Below, piece by piece: positions 16,306 to 25,437 of a stretch of DNA of 64,000 bases. Numbering within the stretch: the stretch's first letter is position 1; each line of letters begins with the position of its first letter. The position numbers were made by a program, and so were the translations under genes. Source of the stretch: Methyloligellaceae bacterium (lineage in GTDB: Bacteria > Pseudomonadota > Alphaproteobacteria > Rhizobiales > CBDHHC01); NCBI GenBank assembly GCA_050633205.1, contig JBOEGA010000046.1, positions 12,535 to 76,534 of the forward strand. The letters run 5' to 3'. The notes below the pieces were generated by a model that had not been told where the DNA came from, searched no databases, and saw nothing but the letters and a program-made list of their open reading frames with translations.

Positions 16306-16361
16306 CAAACAGACCACTTTTGAATTTATGGAACAGCGGTCAGTCTACTATAATAATATTA

Positions 16362-16389
16362 ACCCGAACTTTCTAATGAAAGTCCGGGT
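16362..16389 (-). terminator. Hairpin downstream of ppa
   Basis: ACCCGAACTTT (16362-16372) / AAAGTCCGGGT (16379-16389) with one mismatch. An A/T-rich tail follows on the minus strand. Confidence 0.45.
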
Positions 16390-16397
16390 GTGAAATA

Positions 16398-16928
16398 CTA
16401 TTTGTGTTTTGCAATTTCGATAGATTTCGCAATCATCAGTTTTGCTTCTTCAGCATCACCCCAACCAGTGATTTTTACCCACTTGTTTTTTTCAAGGTCT
16501 TTGTAATGTTCGAAAAAGTGAGCAATACGGTTGCGCAACAACTCAGGCAGGTCGTTAATTGAGTTTGTATTGTCATACATGCCGGAGATTTTCTGAGAAG
16601 GGACTGCGATGATTTTCTCATCCTGGCCTGCTTCGTCTTCCATTTTCAGAACGCCTATTGGGCGGCAGTTCATAATAGCGCCAGGGATGACCTGTCTGTT
16701 ATTTGCTACAAGCACGTCAACAGGGTCGCCATCATCTGAAAGAGTATGAGGAATGAAACCGTAGTTTCCCGGATATGCCATGGAAGTATAGAGAAAGCGG
16801 TCCACAATCATTGTGCCGGAGTCTTTATCCATTTCATATTTGATTGGATCCCCGCCAATAGGAACTTCAATAATCACATTAATATCTTCAGGAGGATTAT
16901 CACCTATGGCGATAGCATCTATACGCAT
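16398..16928 (-). CDS. ppa: Inorganic pyrophosphatase (family I)
   Basis: 176 aa with [19 protein letters not shown]...[23 protein letters not shown], the canonical PPase signature. Confidence 0.97.
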   Translation of the reverse strand: MRIDAIAIGDNPPEDINVIIEVPIGGDPIKYEMDKDSGTMIVDRFLYTSMAYPGNYGFIPHTLSDDGDPVDVLVANNRQVIPGAIMNCRPIGVLKMEDEAGQDEKIIAVPSQKISGMYDNTNSINDLPELLRNRIAHFFEHYKDLEKNKWVKITGWGDAEEAKLMIAKSIEIAKHK

Positions 16929-17070
16929 ATTAGCCTCTTTATTCTTAGAGCAATTTTTTGTTCAGTACTGTGTTAAAGCGCTGAGAAATAATTTAAATAC
17001 CACAGAATGTCACAGCATTCAGTAAATACAGGGTTATTTTTAAAAGGTATCTATAAAAGATAAAAATAAA

Positions 17071-17101
17071 ACGGCATGAGAAAGAATTATGCTCATGCCG
17101 T
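17071..17101 (-). terminator. Rho-independent terminator of the phasin gene
   Basis: ACGGCATGAG (17071-17080) / CTCATGCCGT (17092-17101), a 10-bp perfect stem. On the minus strand it is followed by TTTTATTTTT. Confidence 0.8.
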
Positions 17102-17118
17102 CAGGGAGGAATTTTAAA

Positions 17119-17565
17119 TTATTTAGACTGTTCAAAGGCTTTAGATGTTGCCTTGTTAATATTCTGAGTTGCCTCAGTAGCCAGCTTGTTAGTCAGCTCA
17201 TAGATTTCTTTTGACTGATTACCAAAAATCTCCATTTGCTTTTTTAAGAACTCAGACTGGATCTGAAACGCTTCAGGTACTGATTTGGTCTGAACCATAG
17301 CTTCTGCGGCTTCAAAGGCTGCTGCAGTGTTTTCAGATGCCTGATTCAGGATTTTGTCAGTAATTTTCTTTGTGCTCTTCTGAGTTGTCTCATATGCTTT
17401 TTCCAAAGCCTTATTTGCTTCCTGAGCACTGTCTGTAAGCTTTGAATAAGCTTTTTTGCCTTGTGTCAGGCCGTCTTCAAGGGCTTTCTGGATTCCTTCC
17501 GGAACAGCCATATCCTGAGCAGCTTTAAACATTTCTTCTGTTTGTTTTGTAAAATCAGTGGTCAT
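17119..17565 (-). CDS. Phasin-family (PHA granule-associated) protein
   Basis: MTTDFTKQTEEMFKAAQDMAVPEGIQKALEDGL...SEFLKKQMEIFGNQSKEIYELTNK is helical, Ala/Lys/Glu-rich and phasin-like. The start at 17565 follows GGAGA. The N-terminal 67 aa of the track ORF look non-coding. Confidence 0.75.
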   Translation of the reverse strand: MTTDFTKQTEEMFKAAQDMAVPEGIQKALEDGLTQGKKAYSKLTDSAQEANKALEKAYETTQKSTKKITDKILNQASENTAAAFEAAEAMVQTKSVPEAFQIQSEFLKKQMEIFGNQSKEIYELTNKLATEATQNINKATSKAFEQSK

Positions 17566-17606
17566 TCTGGTCTCCATCACTTTAAATCCGGGGGACATTT
17601 GTTCTC

Positions 17607-17667
17607 TGCAAATAATATAGGCACAACTTTTGTGCGATGCAATATATATTTTTGCGCTGCAATGTAT
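17607..17667 (-). promoter_or_regulatory. Three TGCAA(T/A) direct repeats upstream of the phasin gene (candidate operator/promoter region)
   Basis: tgcaaataat (17607), tgcaatatat (17638) and tgcaatgtat (17658). The last two are embedded in GCGaTGCAAT / GCGcTGCAAT, 20 bp apart and 42-100 bp upstream of the start. Confidence 0.3.
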
Positions 17668-17902
17668 TTCGCGGTAAATATGAATGAAATTGGTTACGAT
17701 TATGTGAAATTTGTTAAGGGCAGAGCTACGAAAAAATTTATGTAAATTAATCATGACAGAGGGCATGTTATGAAAACTAATTGCATATGCATAATACTAA
17801 AAAACAATATAAGCCGGTGTGCTGATTGATATTCATGTCGAATTTTCCCTGTAATGTAAGCTGTTAACTTTTAGTACAATTATTAGTTGAGGGGATTTTC
17901 AG

Positions 17903-18889
17903 ATGGGAATATTTGATTTTATTGGTGGGTGGGGCAACAGGACGATCTACGGAACGAGACGGGCTGACAATATCAGCGATACTGATCGATCTGACACGAT
18001 CAAGGCCAGGGGAGGTAATGATACGATCTCTCTGACTTATGGTGATGATCAGGTACATGGCGGCGATGGGAATGATACGGTAGAGGTCATGGGTGCCTTG
18101 AGTGAATATGAGATTATCATTCCGCAGTTTCTTGTAGCGCCTCCACCAGATGAAAAGATGCTGATTTTATCTCACCCTGAATATGGTGAGAAAACCATTC
18201 GTTATGTTGAAAATATTATTGATGAACAGGGGGGCTTACATCGTGTTGATCTGCTTTTTCAAAACAGGATATGGGGAACAGATGGAGATGATGTAATTCA
18301 GGACAGTAATATTGATGATTTTATCAGTACTCATGGGGGAGATGATCAGATCTCCCTGACATATGGTGATGATACGGTTTATGGGGGGCAGGGACTTGAT
18401 ATTGTTACTGTTGCCGGAGAGTTGTCTGATTATATCGATTTACCGCCACAAAACCCCAACCTTCCGGTTGTGCCGGATGTGCGTATTCGTCATGAAGAGT
18501 ATGGCACAAAAAACCTGACTACATCAGTAGAACTTGTTCAGGATAAAGACGGTGATATCAGGCAGCTACAGATCATTGATATTGCAGGATCAACGCAAGG
18601 CGACAGGCTGGTTGATACTGCCTGGGACGATTATTTAAACGGGCAGGCAGGTGATGATATGCTTTACCTGACTACCGGGAAGGACAATGCCTATGGCGGG
18701 GAAGGTTATGATATCGCACATGTTTCGGGCAGTCTTGATGACTATATAATTTCGGCTGAAGATTTTGGCTGGCTTGAGCTTGTTGTTCATATGTATAGTG
18801 AGGAATATGGAGACAAGACGCTGAGTAATATTGAGACCATTATGAGTGAAGATGGCGGGGTGTTGAACTCTGCAGATTTACTGGCCTAG
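17903..18889 (+). CDS. Internally triplicated RTX-like (hemolysin-type Ca-binding repeat) protein
   Basis: 328 aa made of three ~105-aa modules. Each has degenerate GGxGxD nonapeptides (GGNDTISLTYGDDQVHGGDGNDTV; GGDDQISLTYGDDTVYGGQGLDIV; AGDDMLYLTTGKDNAYGGEGYDIA). Each is followed by a (L)S(D/E)Y-I...EEYG-K(T)L...(V/I)E.I beta-segment. There is no N-terminal signal peptide. Confidence 0.65.
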   Translation: MGIFDFIGGWGNRTIYGTRRADNISDTDRSDTIKARGGNDTISLTYGDDQVHGGDGNDTVEVMGALSEYEIIIPQFLVAPPPDEKMLILSHPEYGEKTIRYVENIIDEQGGLHRVDLLFQNRIWGTDGDDVIQDSNIDDFISTHGGDDQISLTYGDDTVYGGQGLDIVTVAGELSDYIDLPPQNPNLPVVPDVRIRHEEYGTKNLTTSVELVQDKDGDIRQLQIIDIAGSTQGDRLVDTAWDDYLNGQAGDDMLYLTTGKDNAYGGEGYDIAHVSGSLDDYIISAEDFGWLELVVHMYSEEYGDKTLSNIETIMSEDGGVLNSADLLA

Positions 18890-18911
18890 CCCTGAGTTCA
18901 GGTGATGAAAG

Positions 18912-18934
18912 CAGGCTCTTTTCGCAAGAGCCTG
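18912..18934. terminator. Bidirectional hairpin terminator between convergent genes
   Basis: CAGGCTCTT (18912-18920) / AAGAGCCTG (18926-18934), a 9-bp perfect stem. Flanking near-palindromes CCTGAGTTCAGG / CCTGAATTCAGG can extend the stem. Confidence 0.65.
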
Positions 18935-18941
18935 TCTGAAT

Positions 18942-19328
18942 TCAGGAAAAATATCCAACACAGGAGAGGTATCCTCCGAGGATCACGAAGAGAACTCCCG
19001 GTATAAAAATCATAGGAGTTTTCTGCAGCATTATCTGTCCAATATTTTTCAATGTTCTTGTAAGCGTCAAGCGGGCTACACCAGCCAGGATGCACAGCCA
19101 GCCGAAGATTGTGATGATCAGGCGCCAATCCGGCTCCCAGATGTTATGAGTGAGAGCAATCGCAATTCCTGTGGGAAGAGTGAGGATGCCTGACAGAAAT
19201 ATCAGAGCTTCACTTTCAATAAACTCCTGAGCAATGCGTTTTACTGCAGCAGGGTTCAAGGTTATCAGCAATCCCAGGACAAACAGTACAGGGCCAATTA
19301 ATTTAGCAAGGAAAATGGATGTTTCCAT
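18942..19328 (-). CDS. Small integral membrane protein, unknown function
   Basis: 128 aa with four hydrophobic spans. No family recognised. Confidence 0.5.
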   Translation of the reverse strand: METSIFLAKLIGPVLFVLGLLITLNPAAVKRIAQEFIESEALIFLSGILTLPTGIAIALTHNIWEPDWRLIITIFGWLCILAGVARLTLTRTLKNIGQIMLQKTPMIFIPGVLFVILGGYLSCVGYFS

Positions 19329-19407
19329 TGCGTTGTTCCTTTCGGTAAGTGAATGCCGAAAGAGGAGTATACACTGTTTTTAAGGGTAATAGCGGGAAAG
19401 AAATATT

Positions 19408-19434
19408 GTGAGTTGGGCCGAAAGCCCAACTCAC
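19408..19434 (-). terminator. Hairpin terminator downstream of typA
   Basis: GTGAGTTGGGC (19408-19418) / GCCCAACTCAC (19424-19434), an 11-bp perfect stem lying 16 nt past the stop. Confidence 0.7.
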
Positions 19435-19449
19435 AAATCTGTATGTCAA

Positions 19450-21273
19450 TTATTCAGCAGCAGCACGTTTTTCGGCTCTTTTGCGCTCATGTGGATCGAG
19501 ATGGCGCTTTCTGAGGCGGATAGATTCAGGTGTAACTTCTACGAGTTCCTGATCCGTGATGTATGATAGTGCACGTTCCAGAGACAGCTTCATAGGAGGT
19601 GTAAGCTGGATGGCATCGTCTTTACCTGATGCCCGAACGTTGGAGAGCTTTTTGCCTTTCAGGACGTTTACTTCCAGGTCGTTGCCCCTTGAATGTTCGC
19701 CGATGATCATGCCCTCGTAAACTTTTGTCTGGGGGTCGATCATCAGAGGCCCACGGTCTTCCAGATTCCAAAGAGCATAAGCAACTGCATCTCCCTGTGC
19801 ATTGGAAATCAGAACTCCGGTGCGGCGTCCCTGGATGGTGCCTTTGTGCAGGGCCCAGTCATGGAAGACACGGTTCATGATTGCTGTGCCACGTGTATCA
19901 GACAGAAGCTCACCCTGATAGCCGATCAGGCCGCGTGTCGGTACATGCAGAACAAGTCTCTGACGGTTGCCGCCTGAAGGTTTCATTTCAAGCAGGTCGC
20001 CCTTGCGTTCAGAAAGCTTTTGCACGACGTTACCGGAGAACTCCTCGTCAACGTCGATGATAACTTCCTCGATTGGCTCCCAGCGATTGCCTTCCTCGTC
20101 AGTTTTGATAACAACGCGTGGGCGGGAAACTGTCAGTTCGAAACCTTCACGACGCATTGTTTCGATCAAAACGGAAAGCTGAAGCTCACCACGTCCTGCA
20201 ACTTCGAATGCATCCTTGTCTTCTGTTTCGATAATTTTAAGAGCTACGTTGCCTTCAGCTTCTGAAAGCAAGCGGTCACGAATTACGCGGCTTTGTACCT
20301 TGTCGCCTTCTGTTCCAGCAAGTGGTCCATCGTTAATACGGAAGGTCATAGACAGGGTTGGAGGGTCAATTGGTTGAGCAGGAATAGGCTCGTTTATGGA
20401 TGTATCGCAAATTGTGTCTGCCACAGTTGCTGTGGTCAAACCTGCTATAGATACAATATCTCCGGCAATACCCTCGTCAATTGGCTGACGCTCAAGTCCA
20501 CGGAATGCAAGAACTTTTGAAATACGGCCCTGTTCAACAACTTTACCTTCACGGGAAAGGGCTTTTACCGCCATGTTTGGTTTTACGACCCCGGCTTTTA
20601 CGCGGCCTGTCAGAATACGACCAAGGAATGGATCTGATTCGATTGTTGTAGCCAGTAGCGAAAATTCACCTTCGTCTACGCGTGGCACAGGAACATGATC
20701 AATAACCATATCAAAAAGGGCGTCCATGTTGTCCTGTGGACCTTCGGGCTTGTCTGACATCCATTCCTGTTTCGCTGATCCATAGAGGACAGGGAAATCA
20801 AGCTGGTGCTCATCTGCATCCAGAGAAGCGAACAGATCGAAGACTTCGTCTATTACTGCTTCGTGGCGTTCTTCCGGCTTATCGATCTTGTTGATTGCTA
20901 CAATTGGGCGAAGGCCAATTTTCAGGGCTTTTGAAACAACGAATTTTGTTTGAGGCATTGGGCCTTCAGCGGCATCGACAAGAACGATAACACCGTCAAC
21001 CATGCTCAGGATGCGCTCGACCTCTCCACCGAAGTCAGCGTGGCCTGGAGTGTCGATGATATTGATGCGTGTGCCTTTCCACTCAAGGCTCGTGCATTTG
21101 GCCAGAATGGTAATGCCACGTTCTTTTTCAATATCGTTAGAGTCCATTGCCCGTTCAGCAACACGCTGATTATCGCGGAATGCGCCAGACTGTTTTAGAA
21201 GAACATCGATAAGTGTAGTTTTGCCGTGGTCGACGTGTGCGATTATGGCAATATTTCGCAATTCGGTAGTCAT
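19450..21273 (-). CDS. typA: Translational GTPase TypA/BipA
   Basis: 607 aa with [28 protein letters not shown] and NKIDK, and an EF-G-like domain order. Confidence 0.97.
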   Translation of the reverse strand: MTTELRNIAIIAHVDHGKTTLIDVLLKQSGAFRDNQRVAERAMDSNDIEKERGITILAKCTSLEWKGTRINIIDTPGHADFGGEVERILSMVDGVIVLVDAAEGPMPQTKFVVSKALKIGLRPIVAINKIDKPEERHEAVIDEVFDLFASLDADEHQLDFPVLYGSAKQEWMSDKPEGPQDNMDALFDMVIDHVPVPRVDEGEFSLLATTIESDPFLGRILTGRVKAGVVKPNMAVKALSREGKVVEQGRISKVLAFRGLERQPIDEGIAGDIVSIAGLTTATVADTICDTSINEPIPAQPIDPPTLSMTFRINDGPLAGTEGDKVQSRVIRDRLLSEAEGNVALKIIETEDKDAFEVAGRGELQLSVLIETMRREGFELTVSRPRVVIKTDEEGNRWEPIEEVIIDVDEEFSGNVVQKLSERKGDLLEMKPSGGNRQRLVLHVPTRGLIGYQGELLSDTRGTAIMNRVFHDWALHKGTIQGRRTGVLISNAQGDAVAYALWNLEDRGPLMIDPQTKVYEGMIIGEHSRGNDLEVNVLKGKKLSNVRASGKDDAIQLTPPMKLSLERALSYITDQELVEVTPESIRLRKRHLDPHERKRAEKRAAAE

Positions 21274-21459
21274 CTGTTTTTTTATCCGATTTTGAAGCCT
21301 GAACCCATCCAGAGAAAATTCTGCTCGACATCAAACATCAAGCGCGATGATCGTTGTTTTGTTTTCCGGGAAGTTCGCTAATTCCTAATGATTTGCGCTT
21401 CCCGTAGCACATTGTATGGAGGATGGCTAGGCTTGAGCGGGTTTAAAGAGGTATTGAGA

Positions 21460-21987
21460 TTAATTTTCCCAACCAAAACCGATTTTGTTTACCTGAGACT
21501 GGCCGAACTGACCTTCCTCGGTTGCGACAATCTGTCCACCCATATGCCTGTAGAAATCTATAGCTGAATGGTTGTCTTCAAGTGTCCATAAAAGCATACC
21601 GCGGAAGCCATAGCTTTTAAGTTGCTTCCTGGCCATGCGGAAGAGTTTTGAGCCGAATCCCAGACCGTGATAGTCCGGGTGGATATAAAGTTCCATAATT
21701 TCCCCGTGATATGGCAATTTATGGTTCTCATTTTCACCGATTGAGGCATAGCCGATCAGGTTGTTGTCAAAATTGAGTACCAGGATATCAGGGTCTTTTT
21801 TCAAGAAGTTACGCCACCATAATGAGCCTCTTCGGGCTATATAGCGTTCAAGATCCAAACAAGGCAGCATTCCTGTGTACGCATATCTCCAGGCGGCTTC
21901 CAGAGTTTCAGCCAGAGAGGGAGCGTCAAGCGGTGATGCCGCGCGTATACTGGTGCAATGTATATCCATGGTAGTGAGTATAACCAT
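21460..21987 (-). CDS. GNAT-family N-acetyltransferase
   Basis: The acetyl-CoA motif region is YIHPDYHGLGFGSKLFRMARKQLKSYG. The start is ambiguous (21987 or the internal ATG at 21969). Confidence 0.8.
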   Translation of the reverse strand: MVILTTMDIHCTSIRAASPLDAPSLAETLEAAWRYAYTGMLPCLDLERYIARRGSLWWRNFLKKDPDILVLNFDNNLIGYASIGENENHKLPYHGEIMELYIHPDYHGLGFGSKLFRMARKQLKSYGFRGMLLWTLEDNHSAIDFYRHMGGQIVATEEGQFGQSQVNKIGFGWEN

Positions 21988-22035
21988 ATTCCTGATTTTG
22001 GGGAGGGGGTAATATGGTGAATTGGTTAATGCTGT

Positions 22036-22812
22036 TTATGGTGTGTCGGATTTTCCATACAAACTTCCCTTTAACCAGTGTTTATGGTGCCACTCTTCGC
22101 GGATATCCCAGAGCTTTTCACTGAAGTCCTGATCGCTTGTGTTCAGAAGAAGCCATTTTGCGAATGATGCTACAGTTTCTGCTGTTGAGAGTTTTCCCGT
22201 TGCTATTATGTTTTTGTATTCCTCTACCGCCGGGAATATTTCTGTTGGGGCCTGAATGAAGGTTTTTACCATATCAGTCTCTACCAGCCCTGGCTTGAAT
22301 GCAGTCACTGAAATATTCTGTTGTTTTAATTCCAGCTTCAGGGCTTCTGCAAGTGTTTGAGAGGCTGCCTGGGCAATTGAATATGTGCTCGCTCCAAGGC
22401 GGATATTTTTAGCAGCATCCGAACCAATAAAAAGTACGCGGCCCTGTGGTAAGCGGGGGAGGAGCTTTTGTGTTAAAGCCAGCCTTGCAGTTACATTTAT
22501 ATTAAATGAACTTTGCCAGTTCTCCATGGATATTTCCGAGAGTTTATTTATTTGATAAACGCCTGCTCCGTGGAAGATTCCGAGGGGCAAAGGTAAATTT
22601 TCTGACATGCTATGAATATTGTTCAATTCTTCTTCGTGACTTACATCTGCGGAAAGGAATTTAATTTTCTGCGGATTGTGAGATGCAGTTTCCTGAAGTG
22701 CGGAGATACGTCTTCCAATAGCAAGTACATGAATGTTCTGATCCGCGAGTTGTATTGCCAGAGACCTGCCTATACCAGATCCAGCGCCGGTAATTATAAT
22801 TGATTTAATCAT
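22036..22812 (-). CDS. Short-chain dehydrogenase/reductase (SDR)
   Basis: The start chosen at 22812 gives MIKSIIITGAGSGIGRSLA (TGxxxGxG). The catalytic YSIAQAA matches YxxxK-like spacing. The track ORF extends 11 codons further upstream. Confidence 0.85.
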   Translation of the reverse strand: MIKSIIITGAGSGIGRSLAIQLADQNIHVLAIGRRISALQETASHNPQKIKFLSADVSHEEELNNIHSMSENLPLPLGIFHGAGVYQINKLSEISMENWQSSFNINVTARLALTQKLLPRLPQGRVLFIGSDAAKNIRLGASTYSIAQAASQTLAEALKLELKQQNISVTAFKPGLVETDMVKTFIQAPTEIFPAVEEYKNIIATGKLSTAETVASFAKWLLLNTSDQDFSEKLWDIREEWHHKHWLKGSLYGKSDTP

Positions 22813-22874
22813 CTGATATCCTTTGAAATCACTGTTTTTAATCAACTGGTTTATCGATATGGCACAGTGATTAA

Positions 22875-23732
22875 TTGAAAACTTATTTAAATCTATATTA
22901 TTTTCTTTTTGCTAGTTTGTCCGTTCATTCATGTGTTCTGGGCTTATCGAGTATGTATTTTTTTATCGCAGCGTTGATATTGATACTGGATGCGGCCACT
23001 GGTTCTGTTATTGCAAGCTCCGGTGTTGTTACGCCCGAGCAGCTTGCCGAACTGCGTAATGATCTGAACAGGTTTGCGGAAGAGCAGCAAAGACACGCCG
23101 ACTTTGTGAGGGTGCTGGATTGTATTGCTCTGGTCATGTTTATGCAGGTTGGTTTTCTTCTTGTTGAAGCGGGCTTTGTGCGGACAAAAAATACGATCAA
23201 TGTTGCTCTGAAAAATTTCAGTGATTTCTTTATTGCTGTTGTCTGTTTTTATATGGTTGGCTTCACATTTATGTTCAGTGGCAGCCTTGGTGGTGTAATC
23301 GGGTTTGACTGGTCGTATATTTCAAAGGTTTTTAAATCCAACTGGGATCTGGCGTATTTTACATATCATGCAATGTTTATTGGTACGGCGGCTACAATAG
23401 TATCCGGTGCGGTTGCAGAACGCATGAAGTTTTCGGGTTATTGCCTGCTTACAGTCGTACTATCCTCCCTGATTTACCCGATGTTCGGGCACTGGGTCTG
23501 GGGGAATATATTTGTTACAGAAAATATTCCGCTTTTAAAAAGCGCGGGATTTATGGATTTTGCCGGGGGGACAGTTGTCCACGCTTTGGCTGGCTGGTTA
23601 TCACTGGCAGCAATAGTTGTTGTTGGTCCACGAATTGGAAAATTTGCGGAAGATGGTACTCCTGTTAAAATTCCCGGCCACAGTATGTTCTTGCCTCAAC
23701 AGGAGCGCTTATTCTTTTTGTCGGCTGGATAG
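22875..23732 (+). pseudogene. Amt ammonium-channel domain, fragment 1 of a disrupted Amt-HAMP-MCP gene
   Basis: It carries LVEAGFVRTKN, TIVSGAVAERMKF, GHWVWG, DFAGGTVVH and PGHS. The frame is then lost and a stop follows at 23730-23732. The start is uncertain (TTG 22875 or ATG 22953). Confidence 0.85.
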
Positions 23733-23782
23733 GATTTAATGCCGGTTCTACCCGAGCATCTTCCTCCGACCTTGCTCTTATC

Positions 23783-24424
23783 ATGATGAATACGATTATA
23801 GCGGGCTCTACAGGTGGCCTTGCTGCAATGGTTACAGGGCGCTTTTTCGAGAAGACGTTTCATGCCGAGACTATGATTAATGGTGTTCTGGCAGGGCTTG
23901 TTACAGTTACTGCGGGATGCAATGTCTTTTCTCCAAATGCTGCAGCTATTGTGGGCATTATTGGTGGTGTGGTGTGTATGGGGTCCTGCGTTGTTATTGA
24001 AAGAAAATTCAAGCTTGATGATGCTATCGGAGCTGTTTCAGTTCATGGTGTCTGCGGGTCACTTGGAGCGCTGTTGATACCGTTTTTTGCTGCTTCTGAG
24101 AAAATGCTTGCCGGTGGGATGTTTACCCAGGCTGGTTCGCAATTAATCGGGGTAAGTGTCTGTTTCGCACTTGCTTTTGGTGGCGGGTATATCGTGTTGA
24201 AGCTTATCAGTGTAACAATCGGAGTTCGTGTAAGTGAAGAGGCAGAGATTAATGGCCTTAATCGCTCAGAGCATGATTCTACGATGGGGTCCTATGATAT
24301 ACAGAACGCCCTGCTTAAAATTGCAAAAGGTGAAGCTGATTTATCGACCAGGCTGGATGAGAAAACAGGGGATGAATCTGCTGATATTGCCAAGCTGATC
24401 AATTCTTTTCTGGTAAGGTTTTAA
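23783..24424 (+). pseudogene. Amt domain C-terminal half plus HAMP-like connector, fragment 2
   Basis: This frame is open from 23669 and reads ...VLASTGALILFVGWIGFNAGS..., the canonical Amt motif missing from fragment 1. Then come SVHGVCGSLGAL, the last TMs and IAKGEADLSTRLDEKTGDESADIAKLINSFLVRF. It ends at a TAA (24422-24424). Confidence 0.85.
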
Positions 24425-24490
24425 GAGCTTGTTGGCAGTGTATCGGATACCTCCAATACACTATCGAGAGACCTTGAACTAATTTCATCC

Positions 24491-25378
24491 GTGGTGAAGG
24501 ATAGTGCCAATTCTCTCAAAGATAATTCCGGTGGGGTTGAAGAGGCATCCCTGGTCGTGAATGCCAGTGCGACTGCGGCGGCTGAGCAGGCAGAAGTTAT
24601 TACGAATGATACGCGGAGAATTGCAGGAACTGCCAGAACAGTTTCTACGACTATTCGTGAGCTGGCTAATGTTATTGATAATTTATCCGGCTCAATCACT
24701 TCTATTGATGAGTCCGCAGCTAGTGCGGATTCTATTTCCAAGGAAGCTGTTAGTCTGGCAGATAATGCCCAGAAGACGATTGCCAGTCTTTCGAAAGCTG
24801 CTGAGGAGATTGACAGTGTTGTGGCACTGATCGAGGATGTTCAGAATAAAACCAATCTGCTGGCACTTAATGCAACAATTGAATCCGAACGTGCAGGGGA
24901 ATATGGTCTTGGTTTTGCTGTGGTTGCACAGGAAGTCAAAACATTATCCCAGAGTGCTGCCGGGGCAACTGATGAAATTCGCAAATGTCTTGGCGAGATA
25001 CAGGAAACTTCCAAAAGCGCGGCAGATATTCTCAGCAGAGTTGGTGAGACTGTAGGAGTTATTAATAAATCAGTTTCAGATATCAGGGTTACAGCCAGCA
25101 GAGAAACTCAGGCTATTCAGGAAATTTCCTCGGGTGTTATCGAGTCTGCGAACAATGTAGTCGGGGTTTCTGATGAGATTTCACAATTGTCTGATCAGGT
25201 CAGTCTGTTTTCAGAGAATGTGAGAGAGGCGGCAGATAAATCAAAGGATGGGCTGGATGTGGTTGCCTGCCTGAAGGATGAAGTTGCGAATAGTCTGCAA
25301 ACAGCACAAATGGTTGAAAAATCTTCGCAAAAGCTAACGGGGCTTGCGGATAAGCTGAATAAAACCAGTGGAAATTAA
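24491..25378 (+). pseudogene. Methyl-accepting chemotaxis protein signalling domain, fragment 3 (same frame as fragment 2)
   Basis: KTNLLALNATIESERAGEYGLGFAVVAQEVKTLSQ is the MCP hairpin-tip signature. The frame is continuous with fragment 2 across the single TAA, and codons 24425-24490 read ELVGSVSDTSNTLSRDLELISS. Confidence 0.85.
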
Positions 25379-25397
25379 GTTGATAAGCTTTGTAAAA

Positions 25398-25428
25398 ACG
25401 GCCTGACTTTGGAAATGAGTCAGGCCGT
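25398..25428. terminator. Bidirectional rho-independent terminator
   Basis: ACGGCCTGACT (25398-25408) / AGTCAGGCCGT (25418-25428), an 11-bp perfect stem. An A-run lies upstream and a T-run downstream. It sits between the convergent MCP fragment and maeB. Confidence 0.85.
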
Positions 25429-25437
25429 TTTTTCTAT

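Noticed and set aside
17566-17766. N-terminal extensions offered by the ORF track for the phasin gene (to 17766), trpS (from 37155), the SDR (to 22845), the NmrA-like gene (to 11042) and the HTH gene (from 48518).
   Set aside because: The extensions lack similarity to the respective families. They contain odd residues (Cys/His/Ile-rich). Internal starts with SD sequences give canonical N-termini.
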